Assembly (NCBI GenBank): GCA_965235115.1
Contig: OZ249438.1
Span: forward strand, 9,052,001 to 9,116,000
DNA: 64,000 nucleotides
Direction: 5' to 3'
Origin: Laetmonice hystrix
Lineage: Eukaryota
Both the position numbers and the translations under genes were made by a program. Positions 37,001 to 49,000 of this stretch are shown one piece after another (position 1 is the stretch's first letter; each line of letters starts with the position of its first letter). Below the pieces are notes generated by a model. It was given only the letters and a program-made list of their open reading frames with translations. It did no database searches and had not been told where the DNA came from.

Positions 37001-38975
37001 GGAGTGACCATTACTCATGTAGTTAGACAAGGTGAATATATCAGTTTCTTTTAGAAATATATTAATGAAACTTAGCCCATATGTTGATCATGGTATAAGG
37101 ACCTCACATCTGAAAGGACGATGTCATGTGACCTAAGGTCACGAGGTTATGACCTATAAACCACCTTTTTTTAGGGTTACAAAGGTGTCTCATTGTCGAG
37201 GACCAGAAGCAGCTAAAGAAAATCCATTCATACTAGAGACCTTGGCTCTTAGGCGTCAATATTTTTTTTCATCAGTTTGACCTCTGACCTTTGACATTCC
37301 TGAGATCTAGGTCAGAGGGCATAATTGCTTAAATCACTACTCCTCCCTTAATTTTAATGGAAACTTGTCCATATTTGACAAGAGGGTTCTCTATGGACAG
37401 TTTAACTAAGGTGCTTCAACGTTGTTTCGATTTGACCTATATTAAGTGAGTCACGTGACCATGTATTTATCAACTTGATCCGTTTGCATAAAAGTGCCTG
37501 TCATTTGAAAACGGTGAGAGATAGGGCCATAGTTACTATTGAACTATAATAGAAAGTCATAGATGGTCTTTCATGTACCGCCATTTTTGTTTCTCTAGAG
37601 TGACCTTGAAAGGTCAAATCAATGACCTGCCATATTCAGAGCTCTGTATCTTGAAACATTGCAAGATAGAGCCATAGTTACTATTAATCATGGATAGGAA
37701 GTCATATATGGCCATGTGCCGCCATTGTTTGTTTCCCTGGAGTGACCTGGAAAGGTCAAAGCAATATCCTGCAATAGTCAGACCTCTGTATCATGGAAAC
37801 CGTCCAAGATAGACCCATAGTTTCTATTAATCATAGATAGGAAGTCACATGTGGCCTTCCATATCCCGCCATTTTATTTCCCTTCAGTGACCTTGAAAGG
37901 TCAAATCAATGTCTTGCAATATTCAGAGCTCTGTATCTTTGAAACCCTCTAAGGTGACCCATAGTTTCTATTAATCATGGATAGGAAGTCGTATATGGCC
38001 TTCTATGTCCCGCCATTTGTATTTCCGTGGAGTGACCATTACTCATGTAGTTAGACAAGGTGAATATATCAGTTTCTATTCGAAATATATTAAAGGGGCA
38101 TATTATGAGGAAACGTGAAAAATCGGTATTTCAAAGAACTTTTGCTGTTTTCATCAAGAGATCCTTCATTAATATTGCTTGGTAAACAAAGACAGACTTA
38201 TCAGTTTCATTTTGTGTGCGAAATCGAAGTTTATGAAGCTCCCTTGCCCACTTTTCTGCCGATTTCGTAAAATATTTTTTGGGTGGCATTCTGATGCCGG
38301 ACGATCGAGTGCAACTGCTGAATTGTTTACAACTAAGCGAAGCACGTGACTAATCACATGCAGAGAGTGCACACGCAGAATGTGACACAGTATGCAATTA
38401 CACGGGTTGATGGGAGGTTGTCTATAGCAAATTATGGCGGGAGATGTGCTATCGGGAGAAATCTATAGGTTTGGTCGTATAGAATCTACTTGTGCTGCAG
38501 ACGCAGCGAAAACACGTCGGAGGACAAAATGCTGTGGTAGGATTATTTACTTGGATCCCTAGTACACGATCATGTTGGATAATTGCCGGAAATCTAAAAA
38601 AAAACGTGTTTCATAGCATGCCCCTTTAATGAAACTTAGGCCATATGTTGATCATGGTCTAAGGACCTCAAATCTCAAAGGACGATGTCGTGTGACCTAA
38701 GGTCACGAGGTTATGACCTATAAACCACGTTTATCATTGAAACCGTGCAAGATAGACCCATAGTTTCTATTAATCATAGATAGGAAGTCGCATATGGCCT
38801 TCCATATCCCGCCATTTTATTTCCCTTCAGTGACCTTGAAAGGTCAACTCAGTGTCCTGCAATATTCAGAGCTCTGTATCTTGGAAACCCTGCAAGATAC
38901 ACCCATAGTTTCTATTAATCATGGATAGGAAGTCGTATATGGCCTTCTATGTCCCGCCATTTGTATTTCCTGGTT
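34010..38975. repeat. Higher-order tandem array: about 1027-bp units containing about 145-bp subrepeats
   Basis: Anchor TTACTCATGTAGTTAG at 34072, 35098, 36126, 37011 and 38039 (periods 1026, 1028, 885, 1028); GTGACC-anchored subrepeats of 143-146 bp; last unit MITE-interrupted and internally deleted. Confidence 0.95.
38094..38625. mobile_element. MITE, Kolobok/T2-type (TTAA TSD), 532 bp, inserted in the tandem array
   Basis: TTAA at 38090-38093 and 38626-38629; imperfect TIRs AGGGGCATATTATGA / AGGGGCATGCTATGA; sister units have a single TTAA at the same position. Confidence 0.9.
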
Positions 38976-41900
38976 GTGCTGGTTGAGGTAGTGGCTAAGA
39001 GGGCAAAACCTGTAGCCTATTCAAAGTATTAAAAAAAATATCACAATGACAATAGTATACACATATACATGTACATAATGTACGTCACGTCTATATAGAG
39101 GCGATGACTCACCATGTGGGCTCCTGTGTCTGTAGATGAGTATCTTTCCTCCCGCTAGATGGCGTATGGGGTGACTGCGGTAGAGTGTGTGCTCTGTGAC
39201 AAAGTGATGAGTCTGGATTTAACGTTCAGTCCAGTAGTACGTGTATACGTATACATACAGTTTGAGTAAACCACTGTAAAATTCGTGAGCCTGCCTTCAC
39301 AGTCTGTGACGGAAGGAATCAGGAAGGGTGCAGGTCTGTTATATTTATATGGTATTATGTGTGGTATATGGTATGCATGTACTCCAAAACCGTACACTAC
39401 ATCCCTAGATATGCATGATGTGTAATCATAGAATTGTCTCAGTACAGTTCTATGTATTTAATGCATCATGCATTTGTATGTCTATAGTAGTGCATGTATA
39501 GATTTATTGCATATAATATAATATGTGACATAATTAATTCAAGTTTGTATGCATATGTATGTATAGTATGTTGGTATAGTATGCACGGGCACGGGTGTAC
39601 GCATTGGGTATAACCCGGTGTATGCATGTATGACAGGGATTGTGCATGACAAGTGCACCCATACAAATGGGTTGCACGTCAGAATAGCCATCTTTATTAA
39701 ACGATGGCAAAGCTATCATTTTTATGATATAACAAAAGTGCCTATAGCCTATACACAGGACAGCTCACAGCACCCCATTCACAGTCTGACGTGAGGGGTG
39801 ATTTAACGTTCCCTGTGTGCCCGTTACCCCAGCCACACCCATTGTTACCCCCACCCCTCTCTCCCGGGCTTGGCCTCAGGATCCAACCCCAGTGAATTAT
39901 ATCAACACTGTAACCGTTTTATGACCAGGTAGTTTGATACTTTAACAACTGCACTGCATTCACTGATCACTACATGTGCGGGATGGAAATTACGATTTCC
40001 ATATATAGCCGACAGGGAACGATCACTTAGTGGCGCACTGATAACAATCTTTGTAACCGACTAAATGTAGATCTCTCTGAAACTTATAAATCAAGGTGGA
40101 ATTACTCAATTATATGATTAGGAAGTTTGGAGTGGCGGTGCCGCGACAATTAAATCAGCAGGGCAACTCGAAATATAAGAATCGCCAATACACGGTTGAG
40201 TGGTGGAGTATTGATTGATCCAAGATAGACATCTGGGCCTGATTAATGAACCAACTCCAGGTGGGTGACAGTAGATGTTATATGGGTTCTCATTGTTTGA
40301 CATTACACCTGAACATGGCGGCCGTGGCATGCAGGATAGATGTGACTGTACCTGAGACTGAGGGACTTAGTGGTGGGGGGGGGGGGAGGGGGCAAAGTGG
40401 CCATGAAGGCCTATATAACCTTTCCACAAAATATTAGCGTCAAATACGGTGACACAGTGGCCTATGTCTCTGCATGGCTAGTGGTCACTGGGCCTTTAAC
40501 CTGCGGGGTTGTATACCCTTCACGCCAAATGTGATATTTGTCGCTAGAACGAGAGAGTGGAATCTACATGCTGTACGGTCGCTAGTTTTCACCGCGTACT
40601 CCGGTTCCATCCACTGGTAAACCCGTCGCCTGTGTAAAGATCTTGCTTGGTGATAAAGTATAAACCCTCAATTCAAATCGCAATCGGCTGCAGTGGGCGG
40701 GGTTAGCCACGTGGTTTCTGCAGGACGCAGCCCCTGTCGAGCATCCCGGTTTGTTGTGGCGCCAGACTGTCTGGTACAGACGGCATCCCCATGGAATACC
40801 CCCCCCCCCGTCCCCACCTCACTGCATGCCCAGCACGTGTTGTCTGCCAACCCCCGATCCCCCCCTCCCCCTCCGTCCCAGTCTACCCTGCCCCGAAGGT
40901 TCTCAATAAAATTACGGAGGGATTCCTTTCAACCGACATGTTGAAGGTATGTTAATTTAATCCATTCGTTTTAATATGACAAATCCGTAAACCTGCGAGT
41001 AGGGGTTGAACTTGCGGCTGCGCCGAGGATTGCTATGATGGATTTGTCGGATATGTACACATGTAGGCACATACATCCCTTGCAGTTGATGAAGTAAGCC
41101 TAGTACACAATTAAATAATAGGATTTTATTCGCACCGGGGAAAATATCATTTTAAAAAGGAGCAAATAGCATCTCATTCTCATGAGCTATGCCTAATTAA
41201 GCAATGGAAGTGAAAAAAAAATGAAAAAAACAAAATCCCCCCCTGTCGAGCGAGTTGAGATCTAGGCCTACTCGGCTAATCTGAAATCAGGACAAAATGC
41301 ACAGCTCTATCCCCCTATGTACCCCCACACAATGCCATTGTGACTGAAGAGTGAAGTTGTGGCCAGATCCCTGAGAGCCAATAATGAGATGCTGCCTGAT
41401 GGGCGTGGCCTGCGGGCCCGTGAGTGAATGACTGACCGTCTGAATGAACGGTGAGTCAGAGCAGACGATGCTGCAACAAGAGGTTCCCTCCACTGCCGGG
41501 AGAGGGCGCATACTGCCGCATGATCCCTTACGCAGCGTCTGCTGCAGTCTCCACCATCCAACATCATGGATGTAGAGAGGTGTGCGGCCTTGCTGCCATC
41601 ACCACTCGCCGTGTCTGCTGGTGTTTAGGCCTACGGCCAGAGTCTGACCTGAAGGTGGTGTGGATGCACACCGTGATGTGATATGGTCATCACATCGTCT
41701 GGTAGCGTGAATTAACTCCCGGACCTACGGCCTGACATGTAGCAGAAGAGATAAATGTATGGAGCCGTAAACGTAGGCCTACACACCAAGGCTCTGGACA
41801 CCAGGCAACCGGCTTGTAGAGAGTAGCTGTAGGTGACTCCACATTGGTGAGCTGTCCCTATAGGCCTACTAGTCCAAGCTAGTCTGAAGGTGAGCCCGTT

Positions 41901-44900
41901 CTAATTACTGCAAGAAAGCCGACGATATATAGCCTACGTGGAAGATAACCCTTGGATTTAGAACTGTACCTGCTGAGAGGATTTCTTCACCATTGTCTCC
42001 GGGGCAGTGTCATTGTGCATGGGAGACCTTGATGTGATCCCAGGTAAGTCAGTGACACAGTGTATTAATCGGTGAAACACCAACCCATGTGGTCTACTAT
42101 GGGAGGGATGTAGCAGGGAAACAAGGCGGCGATGGAAGGTTGTTTAGTAATGCTAGCATGCTCGAGTATATATGTTTATCGTGGTATACGAGGGGCTCTG
42201 GCATACATATAGGTAACAGGACCAGAAGCGCAAAGCTAACGGTAACTGATGCTATGCTGGTAACGGTAGATCTATATATCCTAGGTATGTAGGAAGCATT
42301 CAGCATACTCTGTTATATCTATATACAGTGCCCACAGTTTGCACGTGTAGGCGTGCACGTGTGGAATGCGGGTAACCTGTGGGCCGGGTCAGATATGTAG
42401 ATATTGGTAGTTGTCACAGGATGGCGAACATATCTATTATATAGGGCCTATACATATAATCCTATGATCTACATGGCAGAAATATATTCTGTCAGTGTGG
42501 CTTGTAAGGTTCACACGCAAGAGCTGGGTTGTAATTTGAAAAGAATGCCTTTTTTAAAAATGGTCCTTTCAATGGTAGGCCTATATATAGTTCGCTAATG
42601 AGTACGACCTTTGCATACAGATATATACTTGAAAACAAATATAGAATGTAAATCTGAGTTACTGTAGAGACACTTGGGGTTTCTTCAAAGTTATCAGAAG
42701 GAATTTCTCCCGTCTGGAGTCCTTAGTATTTAAGTTACACAGTAGTTGGGTGAGGGATATTTTAAAAAATATTATATTAGTAGGCATATGGTTCAAAATC
42801 AGTACGATAGGAAGTATGAAAACATAATTAGGTCAGCTGGTCCCCGAGGCGTCCTCAGCCTAAAATTGCTAGGGGGCAGCTCTGAGGGGCACTTGGCTGA
42901 GTATATTTCCATCAGTTTAAAAGGGCCGAGGTTGCAAAAAGAAATTACTTGATCAATTGGGCCATGATTATTTGTAACATGTATCGAGTCATTGTTCAAC
43001 AGAATAGCATCGAACCTACACTTTAGTGTCATTCCATAAAAAAAGGAAAGTTAATTTGAATAATTTGAATGAAACCCAGTGTAAATTGTGTGATGATTGT
43101 ATAATTATAATATAGCTTTAGAGAGTTGATAATCAGTTATTGTGAGCAAGTATGAATGATAATATAGAAAAGGTCACCATGTAGTTGTTTGCCGGATTGG
43201 GTGAGTATACCCTTACACTTGTTGGCTGTGAGGGGGGGGGGGGATGTATAACTATTGTCAGAGGTTGCTAGGATACAAGGGAGTTGGTTGAGACTTGCAT
43301 GACGGACTTTGCATGATAGACTCGGATGTCGCTCTATACCTCAATCTCATTCGGATTTTTCTTGACATGGAAGTAAACATAGCTGATTAGCATCACGAGG
43401 GCTCAGTTTCAAAGTAATAGAAATCATGAAGTGCATGTATAAGATATTTTTGCTTACCGTTAGATGTTAACGAGACATAATGGAATATATGCGTAAACCA
43501 ACGTAAAAAAAATAACCAACATCTCAATTACTGTACTCATGTCATACAGAATTTTATAATGTAGTAAATAGGATGAAACCGATGTCTTTTAAAGTTTGCG
43601 ACTTCAGCCTCAGTAGGATTCACTTTTTTCTTAAGTTATGCGCCTACGCTTCTATTTTGTTCTTGTTTGGGGGGGGGGGGGGGGTTACGGATATATTTTA
43701 GTTTCTTTAAGTCCAAGCGTTTGCCACGATCCTAATCCAAGCGGTGCTGTTCAGTCTCTGTGAGAAAACACGTCATGACATGACATTGTGTTTTGATGAA
43801 GAGGTGAACCAAAGGCCGTATAAAAAATTCATCATGACAGGATTATGTCCAATCGAGTTTGGTTTGTCCAGTGATTATTGGGACAAAGGAGGCAGGGACA
43901 AACATACTTCTAGGAGAAACTTTCTAACGGTTATTTAATTGTATTGATGGGGTGATGTTGAGTTGAGCTCATGCTACCACTCTAATAATGTAATTGGAGA
44001 GCTATGGTGTGGTATATGGTGGGGGAGACTCTAACATACCACTCATACCTAATCCCGCCATGATGATGGGCGAATCAATCCGTCTTGGTTCAGATTTTTT
44101 TTTACAGTTTTAATGTCCAGGGTCTTTTTAAAACGAGAGCTACTGTGTCGTTACCAAGGTGATGTCATCATTAGCCATTTTTAATGTTGTACAGAATCTG
44201 GGCACCATATCATGTATGCTGTATCATTATCTCCCCAGGACAGACACCCTCCTCCTTCCCGCTATTATTTTGTGTTTTTTTTATATTCTTGTAATAGTTT
44301 TTCTAGACACTTCGACACGCAATTAACTCTAACGAGCATAAAGAACAACAACCCATGAATTCGAACAATTCTTTTCTCTAACTTTTTGAATGTTACACGT
44401 GATTTTCCAAGTTCTTTTCCACATCGGCGGCCTAATACGAAGTAAGGGTTTTCAATACTGATTTTGGAGAGACCTTGTAACTGATGCTGATTTTCCTGGT
44501 CATCGAGTAACTTACAACTTGCCCTTTGACCCCTAGGAACACATACGTATACATCCAATAATGGCAGTACCAGATATCGATGAAACATGTACGTGACCCA
44601 CAAATTTTAGGGTGAAAATAAACAGGGAAGAGTGTGGTTAAAAAGTCAGCCAGTGCAGCCAGAGGGGGCGATCGAGTGAACTCTAGTTGAACTTATCGAC
44701 AGGCTGCAAAATCAACTTTACACACCTGTGCGCGTGGAGCTACAATAGCCACACCTGAATCACCTATAGGGTCTACACCCCACTCCCTTTACTATAACCC
44801 ATCACTGCATGCACCCCACCCCAGCCTCCGCGTCCAAACGCCCCGTACACACACCTATTCAGTACAGATTGTTTAAGATCAAAAGATCTCAGGTGAAAGA

Positions 44901-45864
44901 AATTGAACGATTGGCACTACCTCATTAGGAGTGTTTTCATTAATAATACACCCCCCAATATTAACTGGGGCCGGGTGAAATCTGGTGATTTAGGGTACAA
45001 TTCAGGTTCACACGCCGCCATCAACCAACGTAAATATTGAATCAAACGAAAATAATGCTGACAGCGACATGTGTGAAGGGAACGTGGTGACACAACCGGG
45101 TGTGATTTTTTCCCGGCCTTGAATGAAAGTCAAATATTAGGATTCTGCCATAGACGTCTATTCTGCACACCTATTCTCACAGAGGACCGGGCCAATCAGC
45201 CTTGTCCAAACTGCGATTTTTTTCACCTGCTCAATATTTATTTGCTCTAGATTTTTTATATGAAAGAATGTGTTGTTGGAGCCGCCTTCTTTTTTACTTG
45301 ATCGGATGAATTGTGGTAGAAATCTCAAATATTCTATGCATTAGTATCGGAAGACGAGATTCCCATTCGGGGGTAAAGCCAAACTGACCAGTTTGATCAC
45401 AAAGTCAAAGATTTGCCCATCCCACCGCCTCCCACCCTCTCAGACTGTGTTCTTAAACCCAGCTCTGTTAGTTGGGTTGCTGGTAGACTAAGTGGTCAGT
45501 GGTGGTTTATGAGAAACTGGTTGACAAGTAATGGTCACATTGATAGGTAATGTCTAGGTAAAGTAGTCACTTCCAATGAGTGCCTCCCCCCACCGCGCCG
45601 ACCAGTTTATATGTACACCAGGTACCGGGTCCCATGAACCGTTGTCATTGACCGGTCGGGGAGGGTTATTGCGCCAATAAAGAAATCCGATCCGACACGA
45701 CCAGGGGAAGGATCTGTGACTTGGCCTGAGCGTTGCTGTAATTGAATATAGTGGTTTTGTTTTATGCCCGCTGGGTGGAAAGAGTGGCGGCAATTATTAA
45801 TGAGACGCGACCAACTCTTTATATCTCAGACTACAGCGTGAACCTGGAAATTACAGTTCGTTCC

Positions 45865-46065
45865 AAGGGCACTTGGCACGTGGCACGTGATCATGATCGT
45901 TCACGTCTGTGGTTGGAATCCCCGTCGGTCCTCATGTGAGAAGGTTTCCCAGTTACTTGCTGCAGGATCAGTGGTTTTTCCGGGCACTCTGGTTTCCTAC
46001 ATTGACCACTGCGATTTGACCCTGCCTAGCTGGTGCCGAAGTGTTAAACTCGAATCAAACCAATT
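45865..46065 (+). mobile_element. Degenerate tRNA-derived SINE (MetaSINE-like core)
   Basis: A-box-like TGGCACGTGG, B-box-like GGTTGGAATCCC (45911), then TGTGAGAAGGTTT...GTGGTTTTTCCGGGCACTCTGGTTTCCT, which resembles the conserved invertebrate SINE core as recalled. Confidence 0.6.
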
Positions 46066-49000
46066 GATAAAAACACCTACGGGAACATAATAAGGAAAAA
46101 CACCCGGATAAGGGTTAAAGCGGGGTAAAAAAGAAGAAACACAATGGGTTATGGTGACCCATGCCGTATACCTGTGTGTGGGATGTGAACCCACTGACCA
46201 TTGTCCAGCCAAGGACTGACCATTATTATCATCATGTGCTCACCTCTCGGCTCAGGTGGCGTCCCCTCCGACACTGGGTTTCAGGTGAGATGATTACAAT
46301 ACTTCACAGCTGGAACTGTGTGGGTGAGATGATTACAACAGCTGGAACTGTGTGGGTGAGAGCCAGCTAGGGATGAACTCGGCAAGTGAGGGAGGTCAAA
46401 CTTCTCTATAACATCTGGTTTGGTCATGAAAACAGGGGGCAGGGGGGCGCCATCCCCCCAGGTTTGAACATGGGGGGGGGGGGCGGGAATGTCCCTTAGC
46501 CCCCACCCCAGGTATCAAAAATAGGCACCCCAAAACGGCTATATATGTCCCCAGAAGACATCTCAGATGCTCCCAAAAGAGACCAAACCCCAAATTTCTC
46601 TGTGGATAATGCCCACCCGAACCGTCCTCTAAAATACCATCAAAAATTCAATTCAGCCCCCCCCCCACCCCAAGTAAAATTCAATTCAGCCCACTCCCAC
46701 CCCACCCCAAGTAAAATTTCCTGCCGCCGCCTATATGCACATTTGTCGGTGAGCTGGACAGCTATATAAACTATATAATTCTTACCTTCATTAACCACCT
46801 TGTGTTTAAAAAAGCAAAGCTATATGGAATGACGCCGGACCGCAGACCTCGCTACCGAGGGGGACATGATTGTGTAATGTATAGTGTGATGTGACTGGGT
46901 GTGGTATGGTGATTAGGCGGTGAAACATAATCAATTGGGAGGGCCCACTTTGTGAGGGTAATAGAACATGGTCTATAGTAATGGTCCTAAATGATATCTG
47001 ATAGAAAACCTAACAAATCCTTGTAGACACACTAAGAGGAATATTGGGGATATATAGGCCCCTACAATGTAATTATTGATCCTCCATCACTCACTCCCTT
47101 CCCTCATCTAACCATCATCCTCCTCCTCTACCTACTGGCTGGTATGTCTGGGCAGTCACAGCCAGCCTTACTCAGCAAGCACTGTAACCCTTGCCGAACA
47201 ACCGATCGCTATTTACCCAAGGACCAAATAATAATATTTATCAGTATCTGAGATTATTGTAGTCTTCACAATTCTCCTCCGTTGACTGGCAATATCTGGC
47301 CAGTATATCGACTTACTTATGTTCCGTAATGAGTGGTTTCGACGTTTTGATTAATGTTGTACTTCAGGAAAATTAGCTAGTGATCTTCCCAGGTGTCACC
47401 TCATATGGAAACAAAATGATTAGGTATATGATGGGGTCATCGCTCAGGGTGCTTGGATAATTGGTGCTGTTGATTAACCAAGGCTGACCGTATAGGAAGT
47501 GTTGAGTTGAAAAGTTTTGAAAATGCAAATTATTTTACATAAGGGCGTAAAGAGCTAATTGCAAGCGCGCGGAAGGGTGGGTGTTATAGCCAAACCCCTG
47601 CCCCCTCCCCCCAAAGAATGCTATGAGTATATAGAGCCCATGTGAATGCTGTGACATGGTTGCACTGTTTACTTAACGATTTCCTTCCACATGTATGAAT
47701 AAAAATGAAGTAAGGGTTTCTGAAACTGGAGAAATAGGGCGCATTTCCTCTAGCTTGAAATAATTGCTTCCTGGAAATACATTGTATATATAAAATACGA
47801 CTTATATCCAAGTTAAACTGCATAATTTCTTGAATATTTTTATATAAATTACACGCATCATGCAGTAAGGTAGACAGAATGAATGATCCTCCATTTCATG
47901 TGATGTTGAGATAGAGAATAGCCTCAAAGTTGGCAAGTTTTAAACGGATACCAGAAAAAGATAGTTTTCATTTTTAAAATAGGAGGGGGCATGAGGTGTA
48001 TCCCGAACGATATTTCCAGCAGCTGCGCGGCTCAGACCGTATAGAGACTTGCTGATCAAGACTGGGGCCGTATAGGCCCGGTCGTGATGATTAAGACTGT
48101 ATTTCCAGGAGTTACAATTGATGTCTGGTTTTTATGCGTTAAAGAGTAAAATATTCGGCAGTATACAAATTGTGATGCTGACACTGTTACGGTATATCCG
48201 TGGGCGATGTGCAGCTATACGGGAGTGACAGAATAGGGTAAGCTGACTCAATGTTTACCGAGTATTATTCTGTGTACATAGAACTGCTGAACCTGTCCTA
48301 CATACGCAGCATTGTAAAAGAAAATATGAATGACACTATTGTACAGTTTCCTGTGTTTGGTTGTCTTTACATTTTCTTGTCTGTCTTATATTTTAGGTGT
48401 TTATCCGTTTCTCAGAACTATAGGCCTACATGTAGAAACATAATCCTTAGAGCATGCATAGCAAAGAGTTCCAAAACTTCTTACTTAGTTAGAATCCTAA
48501 ATTAAGGATTAGAACCGTCCAACTAGGAACTGGTGTTTTTGCCCATTTAACAATTACAGTGAAAGAAAAAAGTAAAGAAACGGTCATGAAGAGATAGACA
48601 CTTGAATTGCACTTATTTTGTGACTTGATCAATGGAATGCATAAAAGACCGTCTCCTTCAGCCCCCTAGCGTCATAGACGTCAACTAACATTGCCACAGC
48701 CCATGCTCGACATCTGAAGCTATAATGTTATAGCCTCGGTCTATTTGGGAGGCAAGGGACCCAGATAACTCTTTATAAGATGCAATATTCAGCTCAACTG
48801 ACTTTGAATTCAGTGTTGACACCACTGTCCCTCAGAACATGCTTCTATCTTCAAAAACCCTCGAAAGGCCTACTGATACTTGGATGTAGGGCAGAGCTAT
48901 ATCGGCCTGTAGGATAAGCCTGTTACTAAAGGATTAATGGTTTTAAAAGGCAGCAAGAAATACTTCTTAGAGAGCAAGAGATGATTAGGGATAGCATTTT

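Noticed and set aside
34072-38975. Tandem array as a CRISPR or coding repeat
   Set aside because: No unique spacers and no ORFs, in a eukaryotic intron; it is a satellite.
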